Shown: positions 59,586-64,000 of the stretch, in pieces
How the letters are laid out: each line of letters starts with the position of its first letter
How positions within the stretch are numbered: position 1 is the stretch's first letter
NCBI GenBank assembly: GCA_021816845.1
Contig: JAKAWT010000001.1
Location: forward strand, 134,087-198,086
From: a bacterium
GTDB taxonomy: Bacteria > Patescibacteriota > Dojkabacteria > JAKAPS01 > JAJZLI01
Direction: 5' to 3'
Length of the DNA: 64,000 nt
The notes under the pieces: generated by a model
What the model saw: the letters and a program-made list of their open reading frames with translations, nothing else
Told to the model about the DNA's origin: nothing
Database searches by the model: none
Made by a program: the position numbers and the translations under genes

Positions 59586-61220
59586 ATGAAGACAGATAAT
59601 ATAATTAGCAATAAAGCACTAGCAGATAATATAAAATATCTTGTGACAACTTCATGGCCATATGTAAATGGAGCCCCTCATATAGGGCATATAGCAGGAT
59701 GCTATCTACCTGCGGATATTTTTCACAGATACTTAAAGCTTAAAGGTCGAGATTCAATATTCGTATCTGGAGGTGATATGCATGGAGCACCTGTACAAAT
59801 ACAGGCAGAAAGTGAAAATAGGGATCCTAAAGAATTTGCAAAAACATCCAATAAAATTTGGGATAAAACACTTAAATTATTTAAAATAGATTATGATTTA
59901 TGGACTAGTACAGAAACTAAAAACCACAAAGATACAGTACAAGAGATATTTCTAGATTTATATAAAAAAGGATATATAAAAAAAGGTATGGAGACACAAC
60001 CTTTTTGTTTAAATGATAATAGATTTATACCAGATAGATATGTACTTGGCACATGTCCTAACTGTGGAAAGGAAAATGTAAGAGCTGGAGAAAGCTGTGA
60101 AAACTGTAATTTTTTTATAACATTTGAAAGTATAAAGAATCCAAGATGTAAGATATGTGGAGATACTCCAGAGCTTAGAGAAACTGAAAATTTTTTCCTT
60201 AGGCTTAGTGAATTTGAAGATAGAGTTAAAAAATACATAAAAGGAAATCATACGTTTAGAAAAAACACTGTTGATTTTTCTTTAGCATATATGAAAGATG
60301 GGTTATTTGATAAATCTATAACGAGAGATCTAAATTATGGCATACCTGTACCCTTGAAAGGATATGAAAATAAAGTCATATATGTATGGTTTGAGGCTGT
60401 GATAGGTTATTTATCTGCTACAAAAGAATATAAAAAAGACAACTTTAAAGATTATTTTTCCAAAAACTCAAGATCAATATATTTCATGGCTAAAGATAAT
60501 ATAATATTCCACACAATTATATGGCCTACAATCCTTATGGGATATGATAAAGAATTATCACTACCAACAAATATAGTAGCTAATGAATATGTTCTTTTAG
60601 AAGGAGAGAAAATGTCAAAAAGTAATAACCATATCTTACCTGCAGAATATTTAGTTTCTAAATACGGATCAGACCAGAGCAGATTTTATCTCACAGCAAA
60701 TATGCCAGAGAGTAAAGATTTTAATTTTACATGGAACGAGTTTATAACATCAGTCAATTCCGATCTTTCTTCAAATATAGGTAATTACATAAATAGAACG
60801 CTTACTTTTCTGTATAAAAATTTTGAAGGGGAGGTCCCCAAATCACATAAAATAGATGATGAACAATATATAGAAGATATGATCAATAAGATTTCTTTAA
60901 ATATAGAATCATTTAGGTTCCAGAATGCCATACGTAATATTTTAGAATTTTCTGATCATGCTAATAAATTATTTGATAACCTTAGTATATGGAAAAGTAA
61001 TTCCAAAGAAGATATATATAGACTCATGCAATATGTATATGCACTTAATGTTATGCTTGAACCTATTGTACCTGATGGTGCAGGAAAACTGTCAAAAATA
61101 TTAAATATCAAAATCTCTGAATTTAAATATAAAAGATTATCTGGGAAAATAAATAAACCATATATAATTTTCCCTAAAATAGAAACTTCCAATATATCAC
61201 TAGAAGAAGAGAAATTATAG
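59586..61220 (+). CDS. metG: Methionine--tRNA ligase (short form, 544 aa).
   Basis: HIGH-type PYVNGAPHIGH, a Zn knuckle CPNCG...CENC, and KMSKS. Confidence 0.9.
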   Translation: MKTDNIISNKALADNIKYLVTTSWPYVNGAPHIGHIAGCYLPADIFHRYLKLKGRDSIFVSGGDMHGAPVQIQAESENRDPKEFAKTSNKIWDKTLKLFKIDYDLWTSTETKNHKDTVQEIFLDLYKKGYIKKGMETQPFCLNDNRFIPDRYVLGTCPNCGKENVRAGESCENCNFFITFESIKNPRCKICGDTPELRETENFFLRLSEFEDRVKKYIKGNHTFRKNTVDFSLAYMKDGLFDKSITRDLNYGIPVPLKGYENKVIYVWFEAVIGYLSATKEYKKDNFKDYFSKNSRSIYFMAKDNIIFHTIIWPTILMGYDKELSLPTNIVANEYVLLEGEKMSKSNNHILPAEYLVSKYGSDQSRFYLTANMPESKDFNFTWNEFITSVNSDLSSNIGNYINRTLTFLYKNFEGEVPKSHKIDDEQYIEDMINKISLNIESFRFQNAIRNILEFSDHANKLFDNLSIWKSNSKEDIYRLMQYVYALNVMLEPIVPDGAGKLSKILNIKISEFKYKRLSGKINKPYIIFPKIETSNISLEEEKL

Positions 61221-61235
61221 TAATTATTTAGGCTA

Positions 61236-61979
61236 ATGATTGATACACATGCACATATAACAAAAGAATTTTTTAAAAATCCACAAGATATAATAAGAAA
61301 ATCAAAAGATGGAGGTATATCAAAAATTATAGTTCCAGCAACTACTATAATGGATAGTAAAACTAATCCTTCTGAAATTATTGATGGTGTTTACTATGCT
61401 GTTGGAGTACATCCAACTGAAACAAATAATACTATAAATAAAGATTTAATAAAATCAACAATAAAAAAAGAAACAATAGCAATTGGAGAATGTGGACTAG
61501 ATTACTATAGACCTCCATATGATATAAACCTACAAAAAAAAATATTCAAGATGCAGATAGAAATAGCCAAAGATTATAACCTTCCGTTGATAGTTCATAC
61601 AAGAGAGGCATTAAAAGATACCTACAAAATATTATCTGGATATTATAAAGGTGGAAGAAATAATGGTGTTATACATTCTGCCTCGGGAGATATCTCAATA
61701 TTAAAAGAAATAATAAAATTGGGATTTTATGTTTCATTCAATGGCATTTCTACATTTAAAAACTCAGCATTAATAAAAGATTTAATATATAATATAGACA
61801 TAAAAAATATATTAGTAGAGACTGACTCTCCATTCCTTACTCCGGAACCTAAAAGAGGAGAATATCCTAATACAAGTTTAAATTTGATATATATAATTGA
61901 CAACATTAACAATTTAAAAAGAATCAACAATACTAAAGAAATAACAACTAAAAATGCACAAGAACTATTTAGAATATAG
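61236..61979 (+). CDS. tatD: TatD-family metal-dependent deoxyribonuclease.
   Basis: N-terminal MIDTHAHI plus GECGLDY and HTREA motifs. Confidence 0.8.
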   Translation: MIDTHAHITKEFFKNPQDIIRKSKDGGISKIIVPATTIMDSKTNPSEIIDGVYYAVGVHPTETNNTINKDLIKSTIKKETIAIGECGLDYYRPPYDINLQKKIFKMQIEIAKDYNLPLIVHTREALKDTYKILSGYYKGGRNNGVIHSASGDISILKEIIKLGFYVSFNGISTFKNSALIKDLIYNIDIKNILVETDSPFLTPEPKRGEYPNTSLNLIYIIDNINNLKRINNTKEITTKNAQELFRI

Positions 61980-61984
61980 AATCT

Positions 61985-62914
61985 ATGAAAAATGTATCTG
62001 AACTGCTAAAAAATACAAGAAAACAATTAGGATTTTCACAAGATAAGGTATCTTTGGAAACAAAAATTAAAAAACCTTTGATACAAGCACTAGAGGAAGG
62101 CGATTTCAGCAAGTTTCCTTCAATATCAACAACTAAGGGGTTTATAAAAATATATGCAAAGTATTTAGGTCTAGATCCTAATAAAGTAGGACTCCTTTAC
62201 AAAAGAGAATCAAAGGAAGTGGAGTCCCACATGATGGTAAAAAAACAAAAAAAAGTAAAAGTGCCATTTATGTTCAATGGAAGAATTGCTTTTACGATAT
62301 TTTTTATTTCATTAATAGTCATTATAGTAGGAATATATGCTATTCATGAATACATCGTTTTTAAAACACCTCCTACACTGGATATAACAGTCCCAAAACA
62401 ATCTTCTATTACAACATACAATCCTAGTATCCAGATAATAGGGAAAACTAATGCCGGAAATAATGTACTAGTTGGAGGATACAAAGTAACTAATATCAAT
62501 CCTAATGGATCATTTGATATAACAGTTGGTTTACAGAATGGTTTAAATAAAATCAATGTGTCTGCTGTAAATACATTAGGAATAAAGAATACTGATGTAT
62601 TTAATGTAAGGTATATAAATTTAAAACTTCAGAAAATAGAGAATGCCTCTACTTTCAGTGTAACTATCTTGGATAAAAATTCTTCTACATTCATAAACGC
62701 AACCACTGGAAAAACAATCCTTTTTAATCATATATTAAAAATTGGGGATAAAGTCACTTTAAAAAGTGATTCCATTATCACACTAAATATTGGAAATATA
62801 CAGAATATAAGTATTTTATATAATAATAAACCAGTACCTTTGAGTGGATATGGATTTGTTATACTAATTCTTAAGTACCAGAATAGTAAGTTAACTATTT
62901 CAAAAGTAAGCTAA
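61985..62914 (+). CDS. rodZ: RodZ-like bitopic protein: an N-terminal XRE-type HTH, a single TM and an extracytoplasmic C-terminal domain.
   Basis: The HTH region LGFSQDKVSLETKI..IQALEEGDFSKFPS...GFIKIYAKYLGLD resembles RodZ. TM near residues 100-120. Confidence 0.5.
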   Translation: MKNVSELLKNTRKQLGFSQDKVSLETKIKKPLIQALEEGDFSKFPSISTTKGFIKIYAKYLGLDPNKVGLLYKRESKEVESHMMVKKQKKVKVPFMFNGRIAFTIFFISLIVIIVGIYAIHEYIVFKTPPTLDITVPKQSSITTYNPSIQIIGKTNAGNNVLVGGYKVTNINPNGSFDITVGLQNGLNKINVSAVNTLGIKNTDVFNVRYINLKLQKIENASTFSVTILDKNSSTFINATTGKTILFNHILKIGDKVTLKSDSIITLNIGNIQNISILYNNKPVPLSGYGFVILILKYQNSKLTISKVS

Positions 62915-62933
62915 AAATGTTAGTATATTAGTT

Positions 62934-63236
62934 ATGTTAATAATTCTTGAAATATTATCAATTATTGTTCTTTTGTTCCTACTGGTCTTTATTATTGAGC
63001 TTATTATTGTGTTTTTCAATATATCAAAAAACATACGTACAGGTAAAAGGATAATAGAAAATATTGGTGATATTACAAGTAATATAAAAAGGGAGCAAGA
63101 TTTTATAGAAGATACCTTTTTTGACAAAGGTATATATTTAAAGGCAGTTAGAAATGCGTTATTAAAAACATCAGATATCGTTAAAATATATAAATTGTTC
63201 AAAAATAAAAAAGGTTCTAAATCTGAAGAAAATTAG
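62934..63236 (+). CDS. Small membrane protein.
   Basis: N-terminal TM and a charged tail. Confidence 0.35.
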   Translation: MLIILEILSIIVLLFLLVFIIELIIVFFNISKNIRTGKRIIENIGDITSNIKREQDFIEDTFFDKGIYLKAVRNALLKTSDIVKIYKLFKNKKGSKSEEN

Positions 63237-63502
63237 GACTTTTAAATATGAATATCTATCAAATAGGATTCATAAATGAATAGTTTTTATATTTTTAGAT
63301 CAATAAATACTGATACAATAGGATAAATATTACTTTCAACCAAATTCATAAAACATTTTTAAAAAAAGGTATATATATCAAAATATCTTAATGCAGTATG
63401 TTATTAATTATTATACTAAGTATTTTTTTTAATCCTATATACCTTCTTAGATAAAGGTCCTTTTTTTGGAATATTAAATGTGTTATCGTGTAATATATAA
63501 GT

Positions 63503-64000
63503 ATGCCTATATTTGGAAGAAAATCAAAACTTGATGATAAAACTTTTTTTTCTCTTGATATTGGGACAGAATTTGTCAAAGTTCTTGTCTGTGATATAGA
63601 AGAAGATAATGTTGTCATTTTAGGGTTTGGTAAGGAAAGACAACCTTTAAATGCTATGAAGGGAGGAGTTGTTACTAATATTAAAAGTGTAGTAACTACA
63701 TGTCAGAAAGCAATAGATTTAGCCATGGAAGGTCTTGACATAGATATACCTAAAAAAACTGTCATAGGAATTGCAGGAGAACTTGTAAAAGGTGTGGGTG
63801 TTAAAATAAATTATGAAAGAGAAGACCCAGAACAAAAAATAGATGAAGCAGAAATAAGACGTATATTAGATAAAATACATGCAACTGCACACGATGAAGC
63901 TATAAAAAAATTTACAGATGCTACTGGCTCAGATAAAACACAAATAAAATTAATAAATGCTACAGTTACTGACACTTTTATTGATGATTATAAGATATCA
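63503..64000 (+). CDS. ftsA: Cell-division protein FtsA (N-terminal part; the gene continues past the window end).
   Basis: FFSLDIGTEFVKVLVCD actin-like phosphate-1 motif and GGGVVTNI. Confidence 0.7.
   Translation, partial: MPIFGRKSKLDDKTFFSLDIGTEFVKVLVCDIEEDNVVILGFGKERQPLNAMKGGVVTNIKSVVTTCQKAIDLAMEGLDIDIPKKTVIGIAGELVKGVGVKINYEREDPEQKIDEAEIRRILDKIHATAHDEAIKKFTDATGSDKTQIKLINATVTDTFIDDYKIS

Noticed and set aside
63388-63618. 76-aa minus-strand ORF.
   Set aside because: It overlaps the ftsA start and its upstream region. FtsA has clear actin-fold motifs on the plus strand.

Overview
This is a very AT-rich (roughly 30% GC) stretch of bacterial chromosome with densely packed, often overlapping genes and no detectable mobile elements or CRISPR array. 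TGA is used as a stop codon, for example at the end of rnhA, so the genetic code is standard. The gene content points to an uncultivated small-genome bacterium of Patescibacteria/CPR-like type. The evidence is a C-terminally truncated AlaRS, a split transketolase, many proteins with no recognisable family, a sortase-type LPXTG surface protein, and the bacterial markers sigma-70, FtsA, RodZ and MltG. Core genes I can recognise are alaS, metG, purA, typA, a cysteine desulfurase, rnhA, ruvX, mltG, tag, ogg, msrA/msrB, tatD, yrdC, a partial ftsA, tRNA-Cys(GCA) and tRNA-Asn(GUU). Accessory content includes one paired histidine kinase and response regulator. It also includes two tandem orphan kinases, one of which has lost its phospho-acceptor histidine. 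There are three tandem sigma-70 paralogs. There are also GH13 and GH1 glycosidases, a hexokinase-family kinase, and an operon of glycerate kinase, split transketolase and a FAD-linked oxidase. A gene cluster at 4218-8026 encodes large repetitive secreted and cell-wall-anchored proteins. Two loci stand out as candidate undescribed systems. The first is a thiophilic-metal (mercury-like) resistance island built from non-canonical parts. It encodes a MerA-like reductase ending in a -SCC- dithiol, a CcdA/DsbD-type thiol transporter and a membrane-anchored thioredoxin-like CxxC protein. It is governed by two divergent ArsR/SmtB regulators whose mirror-image promoters (TTGACA-N15-TATAAT) and TGAA-N6-TTCA operators sit on their own start codons, and it also encodes a small HCCGG peptide. 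The second is a membrane-linked peptide-ligase module lying immediately downstream of the sigma-factor triplet. It consists of a 7TM protein, an ATP-grasp domain fused to a retropepsin-like zinc-protease domain, and two tandem RimK-like ATP-grasp ligases.
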